From positions 51,584,001-51,648,000 of the forward strand of contig CM060733.1 in assembly GCA_030704615.1 (NCBI GenBank): a stretch of DNA of 64,000 nucleotides, written 5' to 3'. The notes under the pieces were generated by a model, which worked only from the letters and a program-made list of their open reading frames with translations, did not search any database and was not told where the DNA came from. Below are positions 1-12,600 of the stretch, piece after piece. The position numbers and the translations under genes are program-made. The DNA is from Takakia lepidozioides. Lineage: Eukaryota; Plantae; Bryophyta. Each line of letters starts with the position of its first letter. Position 1 is the stretch's first letter.

Positions 1-770
1 TAACATATGCTAAAGTTTATCTTTAAATTTATTTGTATGCATGTATGGAGTGCATGGGAGAGTGGGGGCGGAGCTCCTTTCGTGATATGGGAAGTGATTT
101 AGAACAGTTTTTAGTTATGACTATTCTGTTAGGGTTCCGCCATATTTTTAGATTTCTTGTCTTCTTAGCTCTCTTTTTTAGACATTTATACATTCTACTA
201 TGCATGCTTATTGCATTTTAAAGGAAACCTGGGAGCAACAGCCGCCAATTCAGGCCGTTGAGGAGGAGAAAAAATTCACCTCACTCTCCTATCCTACACA
301 CCCTTCATTTATGGGTCTGCATGGCCCAGCAGGAGCCCTGAGGCAAGTTTGTATTCAAACGCCTGGAGACTTGCTTTGACTCCCTAGCACTGCTAGCACG
401 GCTGTCTTGCTTGCTCATAAAGTGAGACACAAATCCCCCACTGCATAGTCTGGAACACATAAGCAAGCATATCTAAGAACTGTCCTCTAATCGCTACTTC
501 ACACCAAGAAGACTTCCATCTCCGCTTCATTGTCAAACTGAATGAGTAGAATGGCCACATCTACATGTGAGCAATGATAAGCTTAACAATGTCTGTGTGT
601 CCCAAGTTATTTCATACAATCATGGAACTTGGTCCCGCAGAAGTCAAACTCAGTTTTACACTCAATTTTTTTCCATATTGATGTCAGATCTTGTTTTAGA
701 CAATGGGAATTACCATTGTGCTGCTACAGTTAGTTTGAAAGTCCAGCCACTTTCAGTTGTTAGGTAAAGA

Positions 771-857
771 GATTGATAGAGTGAAGTGGAAAAGAAGAGG
801 GATTGATAGAGTAAAGTGGAAAAGAAGAGGGATTGATAGAGTCAAGAGGAAAAGAAG
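771..857 (+). repeat. 30-bp tandem repeat (~2.9 copies) just upstream of the SPF45 start
   Basis: GATTGATAGAGTNAAGWGGAAAAGAAG(AGG) units start at 771, 801 and 831. Confidence 0.9.
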
Positions 858-883
858 TTTGAGGGAAGTGTGCAAGTGTGGCG

Positions 884-2735
884 ATGTTGGGGGGGCTGTA
901 TGGGGACCTGCCGCCTCCGTCTTCAGAAGAGGAAGGGGCTGGCAAGGCAGCAGGTGTGGCTTTCAATGGATCTGCTGCTGGGGCATCGATGTGGTCCAAC
1001 AGCAGCACCAAGATGGCCCCGCCCACTTTGAGAAAGCCTGCTCTGTTTGCTCCTCCTGCTTCTGTGTTGCGCAATCAGGCGGCAGCCACCAAGTCCAAGG
1101 CGGCAACACCAGGGCGGAGGGGGGTGGGAGGAGCATCACGATGGGCGGCTGATGGGGGAGAGAATCCTGTTGTGAGCACACCTGAGAGAGCAATATCTCC
1201 ACCTGCTCAGCCAGCGCTGGTGGCAGTTAGCGCAACAGTGGTGGAAGAGTATGATCCTGCAAGGCCCAACGACTATGATGAGTACTGCCGGGAGCGCAGA
1301 CGGCGAAAGGTGGAAGAAGAGATGCGGCGAGAGGTGGAGCGACGGCGGCATGAGGAGGAAGAGAGGGAGCGAGAGTTGCAGCGACAGCGGGAGGTAGAGA
1401 GGGAACGTGAGATAGAAAGAGAGAAGGAGCCTGTGGCTGAACTACGGGCGGCAGCATTGCATATCAGTGGAGAGGAGGCATGGAAGCGGCGGGCGATGCT
1501 GAGTGCAGCGCGCGCTGCAGAAAGCAGTCCAGCAAGGGTGAGATCGCCGTCGCCCCCACGGAACAACGAAGGGTTCAGCATGGGCAAACAGAACCCGATG
1601 ACCGCTGCACAGCGCATGATGGCACGCATGGGGTGGAAGGAAGGGCAAGGCTTGGGAAAGCAAGAGCAGGGTATCACTGTGCCACTCATGGCTCGCAAGA
1701 CTGATAAGCGCGCTGGTGTAATTGTCAATGCAGCTGCAGCAGCGGCGGCAGCCGCTGCTGCTACTGAGAAAAAGGCTCCCAAGCAGGGTGTCTTCCTCTC
1801 TGGCCCACCCACACGAGTTGTTTTGCTACGGAATATGGTAAGTGCTTCCTATGCGTCCTGCTTGTGTTCCTGTACAGACAGCACTGTGCTTTGATTATGC
1901 ATGTGACCTAAGGAACAATTCAGACTTGTCCTTTGTAAATCTCTTGCTAACTCATTCCCTCCTTTCTGGCAATAGAGCTTGAGAACAGGGTACAGAGTTC
2001 TTATTAGGGTTCGTGGTGCAGAGCTATCTTCTAAGGTTTGTGTGTGTTTGGGATTGTTGGGCAAGAGTGTGCACTGGGTGGGGCATGGCAAAGAGAGATA
2101 TTCTTTCTTATGTTTTTTGTTTCTTGGGAGTTGTTGTCACCTGGAAATGGTAACCAGTCTAAATCTATCATAATTCTCTGCTGCTGCAACATCCCAGATT
2201 TTTACCTATATCCAGGATTCAGGGTTTATGCCTTTGATGCTGATGTATCCAGGATAAGCAACAGCATTGACTGCATACTTTTTTGTTCTGCGGTGAAATA
2301 GTTCTAGCACATGTAAGAAAATGGCTCCAGCATCATACTGATTGGAGCCCAAAGTTGAGTGTGTTGGAGGACAATGTGCAATGTAACCATTGGTTTATGA
2401 TGCATGACAATTGACACCTACATCTGCAGGTGGGCCCTGGAGAGGTGGATGGTGAGCTTGAGGACGAGGTGGCATCAGAATGCACCAAGTATGGGGTAGT
2501 CACACGCGTGCTTATCTTTGAAATCACAGAACCTGATTTTCCTGTCACAGAAGCAGTGCGAATATTTGTGCAGTTTGAGCGGGCCGAGCAAGCCACCAAA
2601 GCATTGGTCGACCTTGATGGTAGATTTTTTGGAGGCCGAGTAGTGCGAGCAAGTTTTTATGAGGAGGAACGTTTCAGTAAAAATGAACTGGCACCTGTCC
2701 CAGGGGAGGTACCTGCTGCTGCACCTGTCTCCTGA
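884..2735 (+). CDS. SPF45: Splicing factor 45 / DRT111 (G-patch + C-terminal UHM/RRM), 2 exons: 884-1837, 2430-2735 (~419 aa)
   Basis: MLGGLYGDLPPPS N-terminus, SF45 motif EEYDPARPNDY, G-patch AQRMMARMGWKEGQGLGKQEQGI, UHM (TRVVLLRNM|VGPGEVD...GRFFGGRVVRASFY). Phase-0 intron GTAAGT(1838)...CTGCAG(2429). Confidence 0.95.
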
Positions 2736-3687
2736 CACAGTCATGAATTCATGCACTCAAATCTCATGTAGCATATGTCCTGCTTATAAATTGGTGGATT
2801 AGCAGCCTCCTGCACCCGCCTTCTCATTTTGTGTCTTGATCACTGCCACTCAATGGCCATAGCAAACAATGGGGAGAGTTGATCGGTGTAGAGTTTGTGC
2901 ATTAGAGATCCGTACAGGGCTATAGCATTTGCTCATGGCCCTTTAACACACTCAAGTTTTCTAGGTGATGAGATGTTCAGAAAGCAATTGATGGAAGAAA
3001 GACTACGGGAATGATTCTGGACCTACACCATTTGCTCTGATTAGCATCTTTCAGATGCACCTGACTGCACCCTGCAACAAAGCCAGATTATCAACCACTG
3101 AATGTTTGACCATGTCTATAAATTGATACTATGTGTGGATGTGTATGTGCTTACTTGAGTGAGCTGGACACCGTCCATGGTTAGGACGAGTGTCCATATA
3201 TTATAAACACAAGCAGCAACTTCAAAGCCTGTGAAATCCCAAGCACTTACCAAGTAGGCAACTCTTGAAAATCACGAGCACTAAGTGTTCTTGAAAGACG
3301 ATCATGTACTTCAAATTTTCTGGTCAGCTCTTGAGGAACTTAAATCCACTTGTATGACAGCCCAATTGTTTGACATGATGCCTAACGTGGCACAAAGCAA
3401 AAGCTCTTGAGGGCTCCCCACTACATGACCTCCATTTCCACAAGGCTCTTGGGAGGGAAAGTTCCACTGTACAAAGTGTTGAATTCTCAATTCACAGTCA
3501 GGGAGTAGACGTGTCATTTGACATTCCCACCTGGCATGCCATCTGTCGCGTACTGCTCGGGCGACGGGTGGCGGCAGGCAACAGGTGTTTGGTACAACGA
3601 GGGTTTGATTTCTCGTCGACGGCCGATTGGAAGAGGAACGTTTCGTCGACGGGGCTGTGGAGTAGTGGCACGGCTGCAGACACGACG

Positions 3688-6600
3688 ATGTCTGGCCTCC
3701 TCGCCACCTCAGGAAGCATGTCAGTTTTCATGGCAACCCATATCGGCCATTCTTCAGTCTCATGTCCATTTGCTCGTGCATGCATTCACGGGGCGTCTTC
3801 GATTCGCACTTGTGCAGTAGCATTCCCATCTGGATCGAGTAGCACTTGGTATTTCTCAAATCACAGCTTGTGCGGCTCCCTTCTGTTTCCTCGGTCCAGC
3901 TCTAGAGTTGTTGCGAGAGGAAGCCAGGGCATGGCGGAGCAGGAAGGTCCAGCTGTGGGGGTGGGCGCTCCGGAAGTTGTCAAGGGCGGTTCGGACACTC
4001 AGAGAGATGCTCCTGATTTAGCATCATGTGAGTGATATAAATCTCAGCTCCGCTTCACAGTTTCCCGTCGTTAGTTTGGATTGGGTTTCACAAATTGTGG
4101 AGTGCCATTTTTGCAAGGTACTGCAGAGTGATTGTAGGTAGTCTAGAGAGAGATTTACGCAACGGAATGCGGGGAGGAGATTTGGGCTACAAAGCTTAGT
4201 AGTGTTGGCGTTGTACATATTCCAAATCATGATGGTATATGAAATAACAGCCTGTCAGGCCAATGGTTCATGTCAGTAGATGGAAACTCTCCATCGAAAT
4301 GTTCAGGTAGCAGGGACGTACTCAATAGATGAGATTATTTCATTGTACCCACTCTGAAAGCTAGATAAGTAGTCAATGTGGAAAGAATCTGACTCCCCGC
4401 ATCAACTATCAGGGTTTCGAGGGCTCCAAAGTCCAACCCATACTGACACCATCATCTTGGAGCCCAAAGGGAAGCATCAAGTAACTGTGGTTTTTCTTCA
4501 TGGCCTTTCGGACTCCGGTGCCAGGTACCTTTTAACTCTGTGAAATTTCTCTCCGACACAGTGTGAGATGAAACTAATCCAAGATGTGATAACCAGGGAT
4601 ATAAAAATAAGCCCATTTCTGGGCTTGTCCAGAATCTGATTATATTGAGTCCAGATACAGTGACCGTTGATGCATCATGCAGCTATTTCCAATTGTGCGG
4701 AATAAGGCTAAGAACCTGATGTATTGCATTGTTAACATCTGCAAGGCATTAGATTTGACTTTTGTAATCAAATCTAAAGAAAGCTCCTTTTGTGACCAGA
4801 ACTGAGGCTGCGTGGTCAAGTATTTCAAACTCTGATGATCAGTCTGGCAAATCTTCAACATTGATATATTGTTCTGTATCTGACCTTGCGGCTTGAATGT
4901 GCCTGTGGTAGGGTGGCTGAAGATATGAAAGACGAGGGGTTTCCTGATTGCGTATGTGCATCTCTCAATTCTCAGCTTGACATTTAATCATCTGTGTTGT
5001 CCAGCCTTCTTTTCACTCTGGACAGTTATGATACTAGATTGTCAACCATCCCTTTTTGGGGGACTCACTATTGGTCCTGTTTGTACTTTCTCAACGTTGA
5101 GAAACATTTCCATCTTGACTACGAAACTTCGACTGTACAACACTACAATTTTTCGCCAAGCCGTGCGTTGTACAGGCACTGTAATTCGTTCACATCTTGT
5201 TAACTGTGCAGATTAAGTGGATATTTCCAACAGCCCCACTGTCTGATGTAGAGATTGCAGATGTGCCACTCACTGCCTGTACGTATTTTCGGCCAATTAC
5301 ATTTTGAATGACTCATTAAACAATCATGAGTTGAGTCATGGTTCAGAACGTGCTTTTTAATCATGCAAGTCACTAAGCTCTCCAAAGAACCGCTTTCATT
5401 GGGTTTGAGGTACTTAGGGTGGCATGAGGAAGATTCCTTTTTGGGGCAAGATTTGATGCTGGTGTAATAGTATACTGTGTGGGATTCTGGTAAGCAGGGT
5501 TCAATGCAACGCCTCTCGACGATGGTATGGTTGATCTGGACAGACTTGATAAGACAGCAGAGATGGTAGCGAATCTTCTTGCTGATGATATCACTGAAGG
5601 TATTGTCTTTTAAGTAGATACACAGTCATTTTTCCAGGCTTTAGAATAGGTCATTTGATTATTCTGCAATCTATCATTACATGGAGAACTCACCTTAACT
5701 TGGCAGCAAATTCCTTTTAGTGGGTTCATACCTTACTGGGTAAAAATTTCAAGAGATTACTATGACGAGACACACATGATTTACTTCACATTTCTCTCTC
5801 CCTCCACTTGCTTTATTGCTTACATGCATGTAGACCCTTTCCCTTTGTGCAACTTTTGGGATTTAAACATTTGTTTCTTGGTTTCTGTGGTACTACCGGG
5901 TTGATCTACTATACTCAATGGCCCCTCTGGGCCTTCTACAACACATTATAAATTGGGTTTTTCTGTGAGTATTGAGCGAGGATCACATGGTGGATGGGCC
6001 AACTCTGAAACCAGAGGCATCAACCGATCGCATTTGTGACTCCCAGGAACACCCTAGATCAAACCTTATTTTCCAAGCTCTGTATCATAACCTACCTTGC
6101 AATCCACTGTTAGCAGATGGGGAGAAGAAGGTGAAACTGGTGATTGGCGGTTTTAGCCAAGGTGCAGCCGCTACCCTATACCTGGCGAGCCGCTCGGTCA
6201 TTGGAAAGCTTAGCAATGGCACCCCGTTCCCAATCAAGTTTGATGCTGCAATTTGCCTCAGTGGGTGGCTTCCAACTCACAGGTAGGTTATGGTTGATCC
6301 TTTTCAGTGAAAATCCTTGCCTCCTCGTGTGTGCAACCTTGTCTTCTCTCAGTGAATACAGAGTTGTTAGTCCTTTCATGGGTGGCTCACAAACTAGTGA
6401 TATGGGATTGTTTTCCTTTTGATGTGATTGTGACAAATGACACACCTAATATTGCAAGAAGTGACAAAGTTTTGTAGTGTCCTCAGTCAGCGGTTTATAT
6501 GTTAATTGAAATTAGTTGTATGTACTGTTGCTTGCAGAACCCATGTTGCTCATGTAAATGAGTGCAATGAGGGCGAAAAACGAGCAGGAGAGCTTCCCAT

Positions 6601-6961
6601 CTTCATTGGCCATTGCAAAGGTGTGTTTGCTTGGTCTTTTTGATCTCTTGGTGTAGTCGATCAAGGTTTGGTGGAAAGGGAAGGTTTGAATGATGCATAC
6701 CATAGAGTGAAATGTGCCACTACCTGTCTATATCAGTGGAATCTATCATGCCTTCACCATTTACCAATATGAATTGTAAGATCTGTGTCGGGGACATGAT
6801 ATTGTTCAGTTTTCTGCAATGTTTTGAGGTGAAAGGGTATGCACTCAACTGAGATGCCTGATTTCAGATGATCCTGTAGTACCGTTTAAGCACGCCGAGA
6901 AGTCTTCTGGAACCCTCTGCAGTGCAGGCTCGACTGACCTTTCCTTCAAGTCTTACCCAGT
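3688..6961 (+). CDS. Acyl-protein thioesterase / phospholipase-carboxylesterase (alpha/beta hydrolase). Exons 3688 (or 3931)-4027, 4413-4524, 4912-4951, 5212-5278, 5498-5599, 6117-6282, 6538-6620, 6868-6961; last exon not located
   Basis: Phase-compatible GT-AG splicing gives PKGKHQVTVVFLHGLSDSG, IKWIFPTAP, LTAWFN, GGFSQGAA (nucleophile elbow), LSGWLP, LPIFIGHCKDDPVVPFKHAEKS. Confidence 0.85.
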
Positions 6962-7039
6962 GTAAGTTCCTTTCCCTGTTTGAATATAGGAGAGTCAAAA
7001 ATATGTTAGCAATGAAGACTCTCTCTCTCTCTACCCACC

Positions 7040-7545
7040 CTTTGTGTTCCACTCAAACTGGGTGCGGCGTCAATGGCCACAAGACTAAGGCAAACAACGG
7101 CTTATTAGTACATTCTCTCTGCCTACCCTTAGCACTAGACTGAAATTTGAATCATGGCGGGGAGAACAATAAACAGATACAGAAAGGAAAGAGATATTAC
7201 CAATGCCGGATGTGCGGGTGGCCTGAAGATAATATCCATTTTCTGATGCGAATGACACGTCCCTGCACATCTGTTCACCAACTTCAAAATCTCCAGGCTG
7301 AGCCTCAAGCCCTCGCCCTGTTGGTGTCTAATTGCTGGACTCCTCATACGCAGCAGATTGATTCTTGTGTGAACGACCTCCTAGAGTAGATCTTGAAAGC
7401 CTGACCTATTTGTTTATATCAAGGTAAGTTCCTCAACTGGCCCAAAGGTAGTGTCTGGTTCCTCTTTCTCCGCCCAAACTGTGTGCGGGTCTATGGCCAC
7501 GAGGCTACAGCAAACGAACAATGACTCATGAACTTATGAGTACAT
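7040..7545 (+). mobile_element. Two 5'-truncated 3'-end fragments of the same LINE family as 9909-14908, each adjacent to (CT)n
   Basis: 7051-7112 and ~7123-7544 match 14424-14907 (CACTAGACTGAAATTT, GCAGATTGAT, CAATGGCCAC..GCAAAC..TTAT(G/T)AGTACA). Confidence 0.85.
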
Positions 7546-9678
7546 CCTCTCTCTCTCCCTCCCTCCCAGAAGCTGTTTGAACTTCCTGTGCATGTTATCA
7601 AGTTCCTTTCTTTCTCTGTACTTCATTCTATTGTATTGTTGTACTTGTGTACCTCGCCCTTTTAAGCATCCATGGATTAATTTCCTACTTTCCATCTTAT
7701 GAGATCATGAAATTGATTATCAGATATCGAAATTGATCTAATGAAGCTGCCAATTTTGAAATTGACAATCTCACTTCTAAATTGAGATTACTTATTTTAA
7801 ATGATCATTCAACTTTATTATAGTATCCTTTTTTCATGTATTAATTGATACTAGGTATTATATACTACATATGTGATTGAAAAATATATTACTTTGCCCT
7901 TTTATAGTCTTTGAAGGTATTCCACATTCTATTCAAGATTTGAGACATATCTAAATAGTAATGTATAAGCATCTCTGTGGATGGTGATGATGTTTCTCTT
8001 TCCCTGTCCTCTCTCTGTGGTGGGGGATGAGGATTGGAGAGGATCACCAATCATCCGACGAATCATCCCCGGGCTCCTCCAGAAGTGCGACTCTCCACTG
8101 AAATCAGACTATAGCATTCTAGATGCATAATGTGCCCCCAAAATACAAACAAAAAAGATCATTTAATGAGTTTCTCAAACTTAGTGGCAGTTTGCTTTCA
8201 CGAAGCCTTGTGTCAATCGTTGCCTGGCTGTGATCTCTTTTTGTAAAGTGCCTTTCTGGGTTTCTTTGTTCCTTTTTCTTTTTCATGAGTTTGTGAGCCC
8301 CCTGCGGATGTTATAATCGCTTTGTGCGCTTGCAGAACCAGTACATTGCTGTCTCCTCAGCAAGAAAGTATGACAATTGTGAGTATGGTGATTATGCAGG
8401 GGCCAGCACAGCTCCGCACCTCAAATGCTGGACGTGAAGGAGTGGCTAATAACCAAGTTAGGGCTGACAGGAATCTGACAGAGAACCTAACATCATGAAG
8501 CTTGCCATGTACAAATGTCACTAGGATGTAATGCTCCGACTGCACCATCCAACTATATTATGCTGGTCTTTTGGAGTGGTGATGCCCTGAACTAGCAGTG
8601 CTGTGCCCAATCTGTGGCCAAAGCTTGGGCTTAGCAGCGGAGCTGGAATTGACCCGGTACCTTCGGAATGATTTCTATACAATCAACCAACGCAGAAGGG
8701 GTACAAGCTCAGTTAAATTTCCCATGTGAATTATGCCTGGTGGAAGTAGCTCTCCTTGGGAGAGAATCCTTGGCATATTTTACAGGATATGGTCACGACA
8801 ATTCTCCTTGACATTGATGAAAAACACCTCTGTTCTTCATATTCGATAATTCCTCTTTCAAAGGAAATTTCTTTTAGTAAAATTGTCATGTTACTATTGA
8901 GAAGTACAAACTCACATGCATGCTACTTGTCAATATCTTGTTCAACAATTCTTTAGTTCAGAAAGAAGCAATTAAACAACATTAATTCCCTTAACTGTGG
9001 GCCTTGATGTGAGAGTATAACTATAACACGCCTCAAAACATGCCTCACAAGTCCTCAAAACCATCCACCAAATGTAAAATATGGGTTCCTAGTGTAACAA
9101 CTTACTGACATCTCCATATGACATATATAACTGTGTTTGACAATGAAATTGTTTGTAGCTTCCAAATCCAAAGCCCTCAACCATAACTGATGGTTTACAT
9201 TCATGCCATGCACACATCCATACAACATGAATGCCCATAAATAGCAATAGCTGTCAGCAACTTCTCCATCAACACCTTGTCTTCCAAATGAGAAGCAAAC
9301 ATTGCAATCTTCAGAAACAATCCCCCACCTCCCATCCTGGTGCTTTACAAATTACTTGTCGCAACTGCTCCAAAGATAATGAACCTGAAGTGGACATACC
9401 TACTTGTTACTTACCACCTGCCTCTTGCATGTCCAGTGCACGACCCAAACTGAGGCCAGTACTGCATTTTACAAGATATGTTTGAGTAGAGACTTTACAA
9501 TGTATCATACAAACAAAGCTGCCACCAACAACACTACTTTAGAGACACAACTAGTCAGACGATGTCATGGCCGTTAAAAACTGGTGGCAAGGTTCCAGTG
9601 ATGTCATGAAACCACAAAGTTCTTGGAATTTACTTCTATGAATGAGTAGGACACTCGAGGTAGACTGGAGTAGCAAAC

Positions 9679-12600
9679 TCAGCCTTCTTTCCAGAGGAAG
9701 GAGCAGTCGCTGTTGCAGCACTTATAGAACGTAGTCATGGGCTCATCAGCTGATCGAATTTGAATCTGCATGAAGTAGGCCTGACCGTGACTACACCGCA
9801 GACATGTAACTGCCATCATCATCACACCCAACGGTTCTGTGTCATGATCCATTTTACCCATCCCTCTCATTTCTCCACAGTCTCTCTCTCTCTCTCTCTC
9901 TCTGGATTGCGCGGCTGGTAGCTCAGCTGGTAGCTCAGCTGGTAAGTGCACAATGTGTGGTCTGGGTGGTTTGGGGTTCAAACCCGCTGCCCTTCTTCGT
10001 GTGGGGATTGTTCGTTGCATTCTGTCTTGATATTGTCTCTCCCTGTCCTCTAGGAAGCCTATTGCCATTGGGTGGACTTGATACGGGAGTACATTAATGT
10101 CTCTGTGACTAAATGCCGGCCTTGTGACCTCGTGTCCTTGTTTGTTTCGACCTGAAGCGCTTTGCTCCAGGTAAGGTAGTGCATTGGATTTAGTTGGAAA
10201 GCTTGGGGCCTTTCCCTCTTTAGAATATGCCTACACGGGCCATTCCCTGCAACTCCCTGGAGTGTTGATCTCTGAATGGTAACAAGCGGACCCCTACCGC
10301 TTGGGGGCAGCCCCTCCACCCAAATTGGGCAGTCGTATGCTCTGTCTAGCATACTCGGCACTTGGGCTCGGGTTGGTTCCTGTGCTTAAACTTATAGCCT
10401 GCGACTACAATCAAAATTTTAGCTCCTATCAACATCAACACTCCTCAGGGTGATTCCTGGGAATTGGTTACTTATGCCAAATCTAGGGCTTCATGTGTAG
10501 TTTTTGGGGTGAATCCCAGGATGGACGATGTGTCCTTTAAAACTACATGCTCTAGCTTAGGCTTGGATTTCATGGCTAATGGTACCATCTCGAGACTTGA
10601 TAACAGGGGTACGTTGAAGGTTGCAATGACCAAAAGTGCTTCTAATAGAGTCCCACATCAATTCAATCTCAAAGAAGTTCGTCCCTTGACTGGCTGGAGA
10701 GCAGTCTTAGACATTGGTGATTCAATGGGGCGCTCTAGGAAGACAACCAAGAGCAACGACTTCGACTTGAGAGTTTCTAATCGGTTAGATGCTCTGGATG
10801 AGGTTGAATCCAAACAGCCAGAAGGACAAGATGTCCCTAAGTGTACGGAACCTGAACGTCCTGAATCTGAAGGATTTGGTACTCTGAATGGTTTACCAAT
10901 CCTCAAGGTTTACACAAGACGAAAAAATTCTATACACGGGGTAATTGTCCCCAAGCCGTCAGATGGACAATCCCTAAGTGTGCAGAGCCTGAACGTCGTG
11001 TAACTGAAGCATTTGGTACTCTAAATGGTTTACCAATCCTCAAAGTCTACACAAGACGAGCAAAATCTATACACGGGGTAATTGTCCCCAAGCAGTCTGA
11101 CGGACAATCTGCCCCTATGTGTGCGGAGCCTGTGCATCGTGTAACTGAAGGATTTGGTACCCTGAATGGCTTACCAATTCTCAAAGTTTACACAAGACGA
11201 GCAAAATCTACACATGGGGTAACTGTCCCCCCTTTGCAGAACGGTTGGCAGTCCAGGAGCAATCACAAGCTACCTAGACGACAAACAATTCACATGCAAA
11301 GGGCTGGTTTGCGGCTGGCCACTTTCAACTTCTCAGGGTTGACCAACCAAAGGAAACAACTCGAAGTGGGACAAGTTCTTCGGACTAATGATATTCATAT
11401 CTGTGCTGGGCAAGAAACATGGGAAACGTCGGATAAACTGGTTGGAGATGTCAATGGTTATAAATGGGCAGGTAAGATGTGTACTCTCAAGGAAGCCTCT
11501 GCCAAACGCGGTCAAAAAGGGGCTGGATTCTTTGTCCGTGATTTCTTGTTTGACAATTGTGAAATTATCAACAAGGGTTTGAGGTACGAGCATAGTATCT
11601 GGCTAAAACTGAATCTGAAGGGCGGCATGAGTACGAAGGACCTCTTTGTGGGTTGTGTTTACATGCCCACAGAGGGGACCCTTAGTGCTGACGCAGACAG
11701 AGCCTTCGAAGATGTAAAGCTGGACTGTGCTTCGTTCCTTGCCAAAGGTCAGGTGGTGCTATTGGGTGACTTCAATGCCTGGGTGGGCAAAGGGCTCCAT
11801 CAGGATGGTATCATTGGACCTTTTGGTGAGGACGAGCTGAATTCTAATGGCAGACGGTTAATTAACTGTCTAGAAGAGCTTCAGCTTTTGACCTTGAATA
11901 ACAGGACAAGAGGTGACCAAGTGCAGTGGACTCGTGAGAAATCCCAAACTGGGGAACGTTCCATTGTGGACTATATCATAATGGACAAAAATTTGTTCCC
12001 CCAGTGTGCCAATGTGTTGATCGACAGAACTGATATTGGTACCTCTGACCACTTTCTGGTTTGGACTGAGATCAAAAGGTGTTTTCCCAACACCAAGAGA
12101 TCTGTGAAACGTTCGATTCGGAAGTGGCGCATAGAAAAATTCCATAATGAGGAGGTCAAGGCTGAGTACGTCCAGGCCTTGCAAGAGGCTCTCCCTCATT
12201 TTGTCCAATCGCTCCAAGAACTTCAGTCTCGCTCTGATAACGCAAGAAATGAAGTCGAAAGAGCAGTGGACTCTTGGGAGAGTTTCGTTTCCTCCGTGTC
12301 TGACAAGATCATTGGGAGGAAACTAATTGTCTGCGGTAGAGCTGTTAATTGGCGGACCAATGAGATTAAACTCAAGGTAGCTGAAAGACAAGCCCTCTAT
12401 AAAGAGTGCTGCAATTTGAAAACCAACAGAGAATTGTGGGCGAGGTACTACCAGCTCCGTCAAGATATCAATCAGCTTGTTAGGTCTCAGAAGAAATTAT
12501 ACTGGGACAAGTTATACAGTGAAATAAACTCAAACCACCACGGTGGTAATGACAAGAAATTCTGGTTGGCCCTTCAACGTTTGTACAAGCCGAAAAATGG

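Noticed and set aside
757-1812. Overlapping and antisense ORFs around SPF45
   Set aside because: Shadow frames of a GC-rich exon and the 30-bp repeat.
9909-9992. Functional tRNA gene
   Set aside because: Duplicated A box, no convincing anticodon or acceptor stem, and it lies inside a TSD-bounded retroelement.
9679-10068. 129-aa ORF as a standalone TFIIS-like gene
   Set aside because: Only 9679-9809 is RPC10 exon 3; the rest is intron, microsatellite and LINE antisense.
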